Source: an uncultured Actinomycetota bacterium
GTDB lineage: Bacteria; Actinomycetota; Actinomycetes; Mycobacteriales; Pseudonocardiaceae
Length of the DNA stretch: 64,000 nt
NCBI GenBank assembly: GCA_963822335.1
Contig: CAWGHE010000007.1
Span: 741,464 to 805,463, forward strand
Direction: 5' to 3'
The translations under genes were made by a program, and so were the position numbers. Of this stretch, positions 1 through 9,021 are shown one piece after another. How positions within the stretch are numbered: the stretch's first letter is position 1; every line of letters starts with the position of its first letter. The notes beneath the pieces are model-generated. The model was given only the letters and a program-made list of their open reading frames with translations, was not told the origin of the DNA and made no database searches.

Positions 1-414
1 GCCGGACGCGGCCACCAGCCGCCGGGCCGCCTCCGGGGACAGCACCGTGTGCCCGTCCGCGGCGACCCGCACGAGCCGGACCAGATCGCTCGGTGGCGTC
101 GACTTGACCAGGAACCCGGCGGCCCCGAGCTGCAGCGCGCGCAGCACGTAGGTGTCCGCGTCGAACGTCGTGAGCGCGACGACGGCGGGCGGGGTCACCA
201 TCGCCGCGATCCGCTCGATCGCGGTCAGGCCGTCGACACCGGGCATCCGCAGGTCCATCAGCACGACGTCCGGGTAGTGGTTCAGGACGGCCTCGACCGC
301 CTCGGCGCCGTCGTGCGCCCGGCCGACGACGTCGAGGTCGTCGGCCGCGGACAGGATCGTCGTCAGGTGCTCGCAGACCATCGGCTCGTCGTCGACCACG
401 AGCAGCCTGATCAT
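1..414 (-). CDS. NarL/LuxR-family response regulator, receiver domain (C-terminal part lies beyond the left window edge)
   Basis: Reverse translation from 414 reads MIRLLVVDDEPMVCEHLTTILSAADDLDVVGRAHDG...DVVLMDLRMPGVDGLTAIERI...LTTFDADTYVLRALQLGAAGFLVK, a typical REC domain. Its ATG overlaps the stop of the kinase gene (ATGA at 411-414). It is missing from the ORF track only because the window edge cuts it. Confidence 0.85.
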   Translation of the reverse strand, partial: MIRLLVVDDEPMVCEHLTTILSAADDLDVVGRAHDGAEAVEAVLNHYPDVVLMDLRMPGVDGLTAIERIAAMVTPPAVVALTTFDADTYVLRALQLGAAGFLVKSTPPSDLVRLVRVAADGHTVLSPEAARRLVAASG

Positions 415-1640
415 GGTGCAGTCCCTCCCCCCGTCGGCACGAACACCGGAAGCGTCGCATCCACCCGGAACCCGCCGTCGTCGGTGGGGCCGTGCTGCAG
501 CGTGCCGCCGACCAGGCCGACCCGCTGCTCCAGCCCGGCCAGACCGGCGCCGGACCCGCTGGCCGCGAGCGCCTCGTCCCGGCCGGCCGGTGCCGCGTCG
601 TTGACCACCCGGACCTCGACGCGGTCCGGGCCGTAGCGCACGTGCACCCCGGTCCGGGCGCCCGGCGCGTGCTTACGGACGTTCGTCAGAGCCTCCTGCA
701 CGACCCGGTAGGCCGTGCGCGCGACGGTCGGGGCGACGGAGTCCGGGGAGCCCTCGACGTCGAGGTCGTCGACCGGCACCCCGGCCGCGGCGGACTCGCG
801 GGCCAGCTCGGCGGGGTGCCCCGGCGGCGGCGCGCCCCCGTCGCGGCGTTCCGGTGCGGGGCCGGTGCCGTCCGGCTCGGTCCGCAGCACCCCGACGAGA
901 TCGCGCAGCTCGGTCAGCGCCTGCGCGCCCGCCGTCCGGATGCCTCCGGCCGCCGTCCGTACCTCCGGCGTCCCCGACGTCTCCAACGCGCCCGCGTGCA
1001 GCACGATCAGGCTGATCCGATGGGTGACGACGTCGTGCATGTCGGCGGCGAGCCGCCGCCGCTCGTCGAAGCGGGCCTGCTCGGCCAGCAGGTGCTGCTC
1101 GCGTTCGGCCCGCTCCGCCCGGTCGCGCAGCGACTGGACGAGCCGGCGGCGGGCGTCGAAGTACAGCGCGGCCAGCGCCGGCAGCAGCGTGGCGAGCAGG
1201 CCCAGCGGCGTGAGGTCCCAGGCCGGGGCCCACGGCCGTGCGGCCAGCACGGTGAGCACGGCCGTCACGGTGATCCACACGCGTCGCGGCGCGCTCATCA
1301 CGAGGAAGATCAGCACTGCTGGGGCGGCACGGGGGACGGTGCCCGGGCTGAGCTGCACGGCCGGCACGAACAGGCCCGGCGCGAACGCGTCGGACACGGC
1401 CATGAGCGCCGCCACCACCACGATGATCGCCGTGACCGTCCGCGGCGCGCGGAACAGCAGCAGGAGCGACAGGTCCGCGACGACCTGGAGGGCGACCCCG
1501 GCGTAGGGCCCGGCCCAGCCGGTCGTCGGCGGCCCGACCAGGCCGAGCGTCAGGTCGAGGGCCGTGGTCAGCACGACGAACCCGACGACCGTCCACCGCA
1601 CGATCCGCGGTACGGGCACCCGCTCCCTCACCTGCGTCAC
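411..1640 (-). CDS. Membrane sensor histidine kinase, HisKA_3 (NarX/DesK-like) type
   Basis: ORF 411..1640(-). Hydrophobic N-terminal half. H-box LAADMHDVVTHRISLIVLHAGAL, N-box VVQEALTNVRKHAPGA, G-box GSGAGLAGLEQRV. Translationally coupled to the response regulator. Confidence 0.85.
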   Translation of the reverse strand: MTQVRERVPVPRIVRWTVVGFVVLTTALDLTLGLVGPPTTGWAGPYAGVALQVVADLSLLLLFRAPRTVTAIIVVVAALMAVSDAFAPGLFVPAVQLSPGTVPRAAPAVLIFLVMSAPRRVWITVTAVLTVLAARPWAPAWDLTPLGLLATLLPALAALYFDARRRLVQSLRDRAERAEREQHLLAEQARFDERRRLAADMHDVVTHRISLIVLHAGALETSGTPEVRTAAGGIRTAGAQALTELRDLVGVLRTEPDGTGPAPERRDGGAPPPGHPAELARESAAAGVPVDDLDVEGSPDSVAPTVARTAYRVVQEALTNVRKHAPGARTGVHVRYGPDRVEVRVVNDAAPAGRDEALAASGSGAGLAGLEQRVGLVGGTLQHGPTDDGGFRVDATLPVFVPTGGGTAP

Positions 1641-1689
1641 CGTAGGCCGGGCGGCCGCGCGCCGGGCATCACCTTTCGTCGGTAGCGCG

Positions 1690-2661
1690 TCATCCCTTCA
1701 GCGGTCGCCACCAGCCGGGGTGGTCCCGGTACCAGGCGACGGTCCGGGCGAGCCCCTCGTCGAACGACGTGCGCGGCCGGTACCCCAGCTCGTCGGTGAT
1801 CTTCGTGATGTCCACGGAGTAGCGGCGGTCGTGGCCCTTGCGGTCGGTCACCGGACGGATGAACGAGGAGTCCCGGCCGGTCGCCTCGAGCAGCCGTTCG
1901 GTCAGCTCCCGGTTGGTCATCTCGGTGCCGCCGCCGATGTTGTAGATCTCCCCGGCACGCCCCCGCTCGGCCACGAGCTGGATGCCGCGGCAGTGGTCGT
2001 CGACGTGCAGCCAGTCCCGGGAGTTGCCGCCGTCGCCGTAGAGCGGGACGGGGATGCCGTCCATCAGGTTCGTGACGAACAGCGGGATGACCTTCTCCGG
2101 GTACTGGTACGGGCCGTAGTTGTTCGAGCAGCGGGTGATGCACACGTCCAGGCCGTGCGTGCGGTGGAACGCGCGCGCCATCAGGTCCGACCCCGCCTTC
2201 GACGCGGCGTAGGGCGAGTTCGGCAGCAGCGGGTCGGTCTCCGGCCAGGACCCGGTCTCGATCGAGCCGTAGACCTCGTCCGTGGACACGTGCACGAACC
2301 GGCCCGCCCCGGTCTCCAGCGCGGCGGCGAGCAGCGTCTGGGTACCGACCACATTGGTCCGGACGAACTCCGACGACCCGTCGATCGATCGGTCCACATG
2401 CGACTCGGCGGCGAAGTGGACGACGAGGTCCGCGCCGTCGAGCGTCTGCTTCGCCAGCGCTGCGTCGCCGATGTCACCGACCACCAGCCGCAGCCGCGGG
2501 TCGTCGGCGACCGGGTCCAGGTTGGCCCGGTTGCCGGCGTAGGTGAGCTTGTCCAGCACGACGAGCTCGTCCGGCTCGAAGCCGGGGTACCCGCCGCCCA
2601 GCGCGGTCCGCACGTAGTGCGACCCGATGAACCCGGCCCCGCCGGTCACCACCACCCGCAT
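1690..2661 (-). CDS. rmlB: dTDP-glucose 4,6-dehydratase
   Basis: Internal start of ORF 1690..3600(-) at the ATG whose complement is 2659-2661. MRVVVTGGAGFIGSHYV (Rossmann GxxGxxG), YAASKAGSD (YxxxK), DWLHVDDHCRGI; about 323 aa, the typical RmlB length. Confidence 0.9.
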   Translation of the reverse strand: MRVVVTGGAGFIGSHYVRTALGGGYPGFEPDELVVLDKLTYAGNRANLDPVADDPRLRLVVGDIGDAALAKQTLDGADLVVHFAAESHVDRSIDGSSEFVRTNVVGTQTLLAAALETGAGRFVHVSTDEVYGSIETGSWPETDPLLPNSPYAASKAGSDLMARAFHRTHGLDVCITRCSNNYGPYQYPEKVIPLFVTNLMDGIPVPLYGDGGNSRDWLHVDDHCRGIQLVAERGRAGEIYNIGGGTEMTNRELTERLLEATGRDSSFIRPVTDRKGHDRRYSVDITKITDELGYRPRTSFDEGLARTVAWYRDHPGWWRPLKG

Positions 2662-2727
2662 GCCGTTCCCTTCCTCGTCGGCCCGGTGCCCACAGCATGG
2701 CACGCACGAGATCGGGAAAATGCCGGT

Positions 2728-3630
2728 ATGAGCGACACCCCGGACCCCGCCCTGCGCCGTGCCCGGCTGCTGCCGCGGGCTGCGGTCTCCCGGCGCACGC
2801 TGCCGGTCGTGCGGGCCCTGATGCGGCTGGTCATGCGGCGTCCCGGCGCCGACTCCGTCGTGACGCTGCGTCATGGCGTCCGGGTGCACGTCTACCACCC
2901 GCCGGGTGCCGCGGACGGTCCCCGGCCGGCCCTGCTGTGGATCCACGGCGGGGGCTACGTGATCGGCTCGCCGACGCAGGACGACCCGCAGTGCCGCGAG
3001 ATCGCCGCGCGGCACGGTGCGCTCGTCGCGAGCGTCGACTACCGGCTGGCGCCCGAGCACCCGTTCCCGGTGCCGCTGGAGGACTGCTACGCCGCGCTCA
3101 CCTGGCTGGCCGCGCGCCACGACGTCGACGCGGGGCGGATCGCGATCGGTGGAGCGAGCGCCGGAGGCGGCCTCGCGGCGGCGCTGGCCCTGCTCGCCCG
3201 CGACCGCGGGGAGATCCGGCCCGTGCTGCAGCTGCTCAGCTACCCGATGGTCGACGACCGCACGACGCTGCGCGACGACCTCGACGAGAACCGCACGTAC
3301 CGGATGTGGAACCAGCGGAGCAACCGCTTCGGCTGGCGGAGCTACCTCGGGTCGGGATCGTCGGGCGACGTGCCTCCGCTCGCGGCTCCCGCCCGCGTCG
3401 AGGACCTGTCCGGCGTGGCGCCGGCCTGGATCGGTGTCGGCACCTACGACCTGTTCCACGACGAGGATCTCGCCTACGCCGAACGGCTGCGGGAGGCGGG
3501 CGTCGACTGCGCGGTGCACGTCTCGCCGGGCGCCTACCACGGCTTCGACGGCGTGGAGCCGGACGTGCCGGTGTCGCGAGCATTCACCGACGCCCGGCAC
3601 GCCGCGCTGGCGGCCGCCCTCCGGGAGTAG
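2728..3630 (+). CDS. Alpha/beta hydrolase, hormone-sensitive-lipase/esterase family
   Basis: ATG at 2728 inside ORF 1564..3630(+). Oxyanion motif WIHGGGYVIG, nucleophile elbow GGASAGG, C-terminal GAYHGF. Divergent from rmlB. Confidence 0.8.
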   Translation: MSDTPDPALRRARLLPRAAVSRRTLPVVRALMRLVMRRPGADSVVTLRHGVRVHVYHPPGAADGPRPALLWIHGGGYVIGSPTQDDPQCREIAARHGALVASVDYRLAPEHPFPVPLEDCYAALTWLAARHDVDAGRIAIGGASAGGGLAAALALLARDRGEIRPVLQLLSYPMVDDRTTLRDDLDENRTYRMWNQRSNRFGWRSYLGSGSSGDVPPLAAPARVEDLSGVAPAWIGVGTYDLFHDEDLAYAERLREAGVDCAVHVSPGAYHGFDGVEPDVPVSRAFTDARHAALAAALRE

Positions 3631-3664
3631 CTCTGAGCGCCGTTCGGACGCGGCTATCCGGGGC

Positions 3665-3691
3665 GGACAACGCCGCGCAGCAGATTTGTCC
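3665..3691. promoter_or_regulatory. Inverted repeat GGACAA-N15-TTGTCC, candidate operator upstream of the dikinase operon
   Basis: GGACAACGCCGCGCAGCAGATTTGTCC lies about 150 nt upstream of the ATG at 3828. The same half-sites with the same 15-nt spacing recur at 11433-11459 in the BMC promoter region. Confidence 0.5.
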
Positions 3692-3827
3692 TCACCACCC
3701 CTCGGCCGTGGGGGTCCCTCCGCGCGAGTGTGACCTACGCAACCCCGGCAGTCCTCGCCCCTCCCGGGCGGGCGTGCGCGCCGGCGCCGCGGCGACGCGG
3801 GACCACGAGTTCGAGGAGGAACGATCC

Positions 3828-4247
3828 ATGGGCGATGTGCTCGCCGAGGGCTACAACGTCTTCGACACCAAGAAGTCGCCGAGCGGGACGGTCAAGTACC
3901 TGGAGTCGCCGGCCGACGTCATCGGTCTGATCCAGTCCGGAAAGCTCGGGGAGCACATCCTGCTGGTGCGGGGCGGTACGACGACGTTCCTCGCCCCGGC
4001 GCTGTCGATGGGGTCCATCGGCGTGATCACGATGTCCGGGGCGCCGGAGTCGCACCTGGGCATCCTGTCGCGCGAGTTCCAGACGCCGTGCGTGATGACC
4101 GCGCACCTGACGTCGAGCGAGTCCCGCTACCTCGTCGGCTCGACCGACGAGTCGCACTTCGTCGAGATCGCCAAGGCGCTGGACGGGCGCAGGGTGCGGC
4201 TGGACTGCACCGACGACGAGACCGGCCGCGTCGTCGCGGACGACTGA
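3828..4247 (+). CDS. Stand-alone PEP-utilizing-enzyme mobile (swivel, phospho-His) domain protein, 139 aa
   Basis: RBS GAGGAGGA precedes the ATG at 3828. HILLVRGGTTTFLAPALSMGSIGVITMSGAPESHLGILSREFQTPCVMT aligns with the PpsA/PPDK swivel motif (...vlVt..t.P.w.p....a.giVT..GG.tsHaAIiaRE.GIPaV). There is no ATP-grasp or TIM-barrel domain in this ORF. Confidence 0.75.
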   Translation: MGDVLAEGYNVFDTKKSPSGTVKYLESPADVIGLIQSGKLGEHILLVRGGTTTFLAPALSMGSIGVITMSGAPESHLGILSREFQTPCVMTAHLTSSESRYLVGSTDESHFVEIAKALDGRRVRLDCTDDETGRVVADD

Positions 4248-4290
4248 GCTGCCCTCGACACACCGACCACCCGCCGAGCAGGGAGACGAC

Positions 4291-5726
4291 ATGACAGCGA
4301 CCGAGGGCAAGCGCGCGACGTACAAGGACCGCTACCGAGGAGGCCGACGACGGCCTGCGGTTCCAGGACCTCACCTACACCGGCAACTTCGTCGGCATGG
4401 AGCCCGTCACGGACGGGATCAAGGGCGACAAGATGATGAAGTCGCGCGCCAAGTCGGGCGTGCTGGAGAAGGTGTCCAAGGAGGACGTTCTCCGCGACCG
4501 GTTCACCATCGACGAGCTCAACGATCTGAACAACTACCTGGCCTGGAACATCTGGGACGTGCTGGTCATGCGCGCCACCGAGGGCGTCAGCGGCATGATC
4601 CCCCGCCAGGAGTACGAGATCCTGGCCTTCATGCACGAGTTCTACCGCTGGCCGGAGATCATGGCGCATGACCACGGAGGAGGTCGGCGGCGCCCAGGGG
4701 ATCATGGACATCGGTGCCACGGCCCGCCGGGAGATCGGCACCAAGGTCAACGCGGTGCACGACTGGTGCATCGGTGCGGTCGGCTTCGGCATGGGCCGCT
4801 GCGGACTGCTCGCCCTCGAGGTGATCAAGCCGGACGAGTACGTCGACGAGTCCAACGAGATCCTCAAGTTCATGCAGCGGGTGCTGTGGGGCAAGCGGCA
4901 GGACGGCTACATCCTCAACTCCCAGGACCGCTACCGCTGCCGCATCCACGAGCAGGACTTCCTGGACCAGATCGTCGCCCAGGTCGAGGAGCTGGAGCCG
5001 GACAGCCCCAAGCACCACACGTTCACCCAGTTCAACGCGGCCGCCGAGCTGCTGGCGTTCCTCGACCACTACGACTGCCGGCTCGGGCTCGGCGACACCG
5101 GCCCGTACGAGCTGCCGGACGGCAAGTTGCTGATCCTGCGCGACCTGTTCGTCAACGAGGAGGTCTTCCACTGGAGCGACGTCTGCGAGGACGCGAAGCT
5201 CCCGCACGTCTACTCGCTGGCCCTGATCATCGACCCGGAGAAGATGGGGCTCAACGAGATCCGGGTGAACGACATCTCCACCACGTTCACCCGCCCGAAG
5301 AACTACATCGACGCGATCGTCGGCGGCGCGGTGTTCGCCCGGGAGAAGTGGAACACCCCGATGGGCGAGGTCTACCCGATCAAGATCGACGACCTCGGTG
5401 ACCACATGGGACGCATCCAGCAGGCGACGCTGAAGCTGTACCAGAAGACGGCGAAGATGTGCCGTCGCGACCTGATCTGGAACGGCCAGTACGTCTACTA
5501 CATCGACATGATCCTCCCGCACATGCGGCTGGCCGGGACGTACGAGAAGGCCTGCCGCGACTACGACCTGTGGGAGATCGACCAGCGGGTCGCGAACTAC
5601 TACTACGACATCACCAAGCGCGGGTTCGCGCAGGAGACGGTGCCCAGCAAGATCTTCTCCGGGGCGGGATACCTGCCGTTCCCGGAGGGCGTGAGTCCGC
5701 GCCGGTCGAAGTACCGGGTGCTGTAA
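4291..5726 (+). CDS. Orphan protein of about 477 aa, unknown function; reading frame broken twice in this sequence (near 4330-4336 and 4660-4668)
   Basis: RBS GGGAGA plus ATG at 4291 (MTATEGKRATYKDRY). Coding continues in the +1 frame (TEEADDGLRFQDLTYTGNFVGMEPVTDGIKGDK...EFYRWPEIMA), then in the next +1 frame (MTTEEVGGAQGIMDIG...RRSKYRVL, stop at 5726). It is rich in K, D, Y, I and N relative to its neighbours. I recognise no family. Confidence 0.6.
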
Positions 5727-5738
5727 CCGTCCCCTTCT

Positions 5739-5777
5739 CCGGGCGGCGTGGCGTGGGGTGCGCGCCACGCCGCCCGG
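5739..5777 (+). terminator. Strong GC hairpin (15-bp perfect stem) between the orphan gene and the wHTH gene
   Basis: CCGGGCGGCGTGGCG (5739-5753), a 9-nt loop, then CGCCACGCCGCCCGG (5763-5777). No T-tract follows, as is usual in high-GC actinobacteria. Confidence 0.45.
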
Positions 5778-5803
5778 ACCTGTGCCCGAGCGGAGGCCTC
5801 GCT

Positions 5804-6412
5804 GTGCTGGACAAGACCGACTACGACGTGCTCAACGCCGTCGCGCTGAAGAAGATGGCCTCGGCCGGCGCCGTCGCCGAGACGACCGGGTTGCCCGAGT
5901 CCGACGTGAACGACGCGCTCGAGCGTCTGATCGGGCAGGGGCACGTCCTGGTGGCCGCGGGATCGGCGCTCCCCGCCGACTCCGCCGAGCCCGCCCTGCG
6001 CGAGGCCGCCGTCGAGCGCTACGCGGGGGTCCGGGAGGACGCGGGAGTCGCGGCACTCGTCGAGAAGTTCGAGACGGTCAACATGCAGTTCCTGTCCACG
6101 ATGTCGTCGTGGCAGCAGGTCGAGGTCGGCGGGAAGAAGGTCACCAACGACCATTCCGACCCGGACTACGACGAGAAGGTGATCGCGAGGCTGGACAAGC
6201 TCGTGCAGCGGCTGGCCCCGCTGCTCGATGCGCTCGCCGAGCACGACGCGCGCTTCGCCGGCTACACCCGCCGCTTCGCCGCGGCCCAGCAGGCCGTCGA
6301 CTCCGGGCGGCACGAGATGGTGTCCTCGCCGAGCGCGGACTCGGTGCACAACGTCTGGTTCGAGTTCCACGAGGACCTGCTGCGCACGCTGGGCCGGGAA
6401 CGCACCGAATGA
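5804..6412 (+). CDS. Hypothetical protein with an N-terminal winged-helix-like segment, 202 aa
   Basis: GTG at 5804 preceded by CGGAGG (5791-5796). VLDKTDYDVLNAVALKKMASAGAVAETTGLPESDVNDALERLIGQGHVLV looks MarR/wHTH-like; the C-terminal half is helical. High GC3 in this frame. Confidence 0.6.
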   Translation: MLDKTDYDVLNAVALKKMASAGAVAETTGLPESDVNDALERLIGQGHVLVAAGSALPADSAEPALREAAVERYAGVREDAGVAALVEKFETVNMQFLSTMSSWQQVEVGGKKVTNDHSDPDYDEKVIARLDKLVQRLAPLLDALAEHDARFAGYTRRFAAAQQAVDSGRHEMVSSPSADSVHNVWFEFHEDLLRTLGRERTE

Positions 6413-6419
6413 GCAGGCC

Positions 6420-8895
6420 ATGAGCGGTGTCGGCATCTCCCGTGTCCCCGCGCACACGTGGGCGTTCGCCGAGGCCGACGCGGCCGACGTCGCGCGGCTC
6501 GGCGGGAAGGGCGCCGGTCTGGCCCGGATGACGCAGCAGGGCCTGCGGGTGCCGCCGGGCTACGTCGTGGGCACCGAGGCGTGCCGGCGCTACCTCGCCG
6601 ACGGCCGCATGCCGGACGGGCTGGACGCCGAGATCGCGGCCCGTCTGGCGGATCTGGAGGCGGCGACCGGCAAGACGTTCGGCGCCGGCCCGCTGCCGCT
6701 GCTGCTGTCGGTCCGCTCCGGGGCGCCGGTCTCGATGCCCGGGATGATGGACACCGTCCTCAACCTCGGTCTGGGGCGTGACGCCGCGATCGCGATGGCC
6801 CGGGCCACCGGGGACTCCCGGTTCATGGCCGACCTGGTGGTCCGCTTCCACACGATGTACGCCGAGATCGTGCTCGGGGCGCTGGACCCGGGTGCGGACG
6901 TCGGGGACGTCGATCCCGGCGACGATCCCGGCGCCGCCTACGACCGGGTCTGGGCCACGTGCCAGCAGGCCCTCGCCGACGACGGCGACGACCCGGTCCC
7001 GGACGACCCGCGCGCCCAGCTGACCGGCGCCGTCGAGGCGGTGTTCCGGTCCTGGAACACCCGCCGCGCCCGCACCTACCGGGAGCACCACGGCATCGAC
7101 CATGCGATGGGGACCGCCGTCGTCGTGCAGTCGATGGTGTTCGGGAACCTCTCCGAGGACTCCGGGTCCGGTGTGGTGTTCACCCGCAACCCGGTCACCG
7201 GGGAGCCGGGGCTGTTCGGCGAGTATCTGGCGCACAGCCAGGGCGAGGACGTCGTCGCCGGCACCCGCACACCGGATCCGGTGACCGACGCGCTGCCGCC
7301 GGACCTGCTGACCGAGCTGCGCGCGGTCGGTGCGGACCTGGAGCGCTCGCACGGCGACGTGCTCGACATCGAGTTCACCGTGGAGCGGTCCACGCTGTAC
7401 CTGCTGCAGGTGCGCAGCGCGAAGCGCACGCCCGAGGCGGCAGTCCGGATCGCCTCCGATCTCCTCGACGAGAGCGCGGTCGGCGAGGCGGCCGCGCTGC
7501 GGGCCGTGACGTCGGCGCAGGTCCGCCACGTCCAGCGTCCGGGGTTCGACGACGACGAGGTCGCCCAGGCCCGGTCGTCCGGCCGGCTACTGACCGCCGG
7601 CATCGGGGCCTGCCCCGGCCAGGTGTCCGGGACCCTGGTGCTCGACCCGGACCGGGCCAAGGAGATCGCCGACGGTGGCACGCCGGTCGTGCTGGCCCGC
7701 TCGGTGACCAGCCCGGCCGACCTGCACGGCATGATCGCCGCGGCCGGGATCGTCACCGCCACCGGCGGCTCCACCAGCCACGCGGCCGTCGTCGCGCGGG
7801 CGCTGGGTACGACGTGCGTGGTCGGGGCCGGGGCACTGCGCATCGACGAGGGTGCGCGCTCGCTGCACGTCGGCGACCGGGTGCTCGCCGAGGGGGACGC
7901 GGTCTCGCTGGACGGCTCGACGGGCGAGCTGTTCGCCGGCACGTTCGCGACGGCGACCCCGGCCGCGGCGACCGACGCGCTCGCGTCGCTGCTCGGGACG
8001 GCGCGCCGGGTCTCCGGCTGTGAGGTGCTCGGCCGGGTCACGCTGCCCGCCGACGTCGAGCCGGTCCTGGCGTCCGGAGCGACCGGGCTGGTCACCGCCG
8101 TCGACGACGTCCTGGCCGCCACCGGACACCTCGACCTCCCTGGTGCACGGACTGCTGGAGGGCTCGGCCCGCGGACCGGACGAGCTGGCCGACCAGGTCG
8201 CGGCGGGGCTGACGCCGCTGCTCGCCGCGGCGGACGGGCGGGAGGTCGGGGTCCGTGCGATCGACCTGGTCGCCGACGAGGCCCGCGAGCTGCTGCAGCA
8301 GACCGCCGTCACCACCCGGCACCCGGAGCTGTCCGTGCCGCTCGGGCGACCGGAGCTGGTCCGGGCCCAGATCGACGGGCTCGCCCGCGCCGTGCGCGAG
8401 TCGGGGGGACGGGCGCACCTGGCGCTGCGGCACGTGTCCGACCCGGCCGAGGCCGCCGCGCTGCGCCCGCTGGCCGACGGGGCCGGGATCGGGATCGGGA
8501 CGTACCTGACCGCGCCCCGCGCCGTGCACGGGATCGAGGCGATCGCCGTCCACGGCGACGTGTGCTGGATCGAGCTGCGCACGCTGCAGGCGGCGATGAT
8601 CGGCCTGCCGCCGCGGCAGCTGTACACGGCCGAACCGCTGGACGGCTACCTCGCGCGTGGACTGTTCACACTGGACCCGCGGCGCACGCTCGACCCGACC
8701 GTGGCCGAGCTGCTGGCGCGCGCGGCCGCGACCCGGGACCGCCTGCCCGACTGCCGGATCGGCGTGCGGATGTCCGCCAGCGCCTCCGACGAGACGGTCA
8801 CGGCGCTGTACCGGATGGGATTCCGCCGATTCGCCGTGGATGCCGCCGGCAGCCGCCCGCTGCAGCTCGCGCTGGGGCAGGCCGCCGCCGGGTGA
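6420..8895 (+). CDS. Pyruvate,phosphate dikinase-like protein with a degenerate C-terminal domain; frame broken near 8138-8140
   Basis: N-terminal PPDK motifs: LGGKGAGLARM, LLSVRSGAPVSMPGMMDTVLNLGL, GSGVVFTRNPVTGE, DIEFTVERSTLYLLQVRSAKRT. Swivel motif: VTATGGSTSHAAVVARALGTTCVVG. After an extra C in the run at 8138-8140 the frame continues as LVHGLLEGSARGPDEL...LALGQAAAG (ORF 7852..8895). Confidence 0.8.
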
Positions 8896-9021
8896 TCAGC
8901 GGACGGGGCTGGGACCGTCGTCATCGGCCGGGCGGCCACGACCGTCGCCGGGGATCGACGGCCACGGACTGGTGGCCCGGCGACTCGGATCGGCGGCCGA
9001 CGCTGGTCGTGCCGACCGCGC

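Noticed and set aside
673-1596. Long alternate-frame and antisense ORFs throughout the window. Examples: 673..1596(-), 492..1685(+), 8896..10053(-), 17470..19605(-), 19616..21109(-), 32097..33815(+), and the upstream part of 29659..33711(-).
   Set aside because: They are Arg/Pro/Gly/Ala-rich with no motifs. They overlap genes that have clear family signatures and lack the high third-position GC of the real frames. These are the typical stop-codon-poor artefacts of ~70% GC DNA.
4325-4680. Possible programmed +1 ribosomal frameshifting in the orphan gene. Both junctions sit next to internal Shine-Dalgarno-like GGAGGAGG sequences (4337-4343 and 4674-4681).
   Set aside because: The same kind of single-base frame break occurs in at least ten unrelated genes in this window, usually at G/C runs and without such motifs. 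Indel error is therefore the simpler explanation. I leave it as a note to revisit only if resequencing confirms both breaks.
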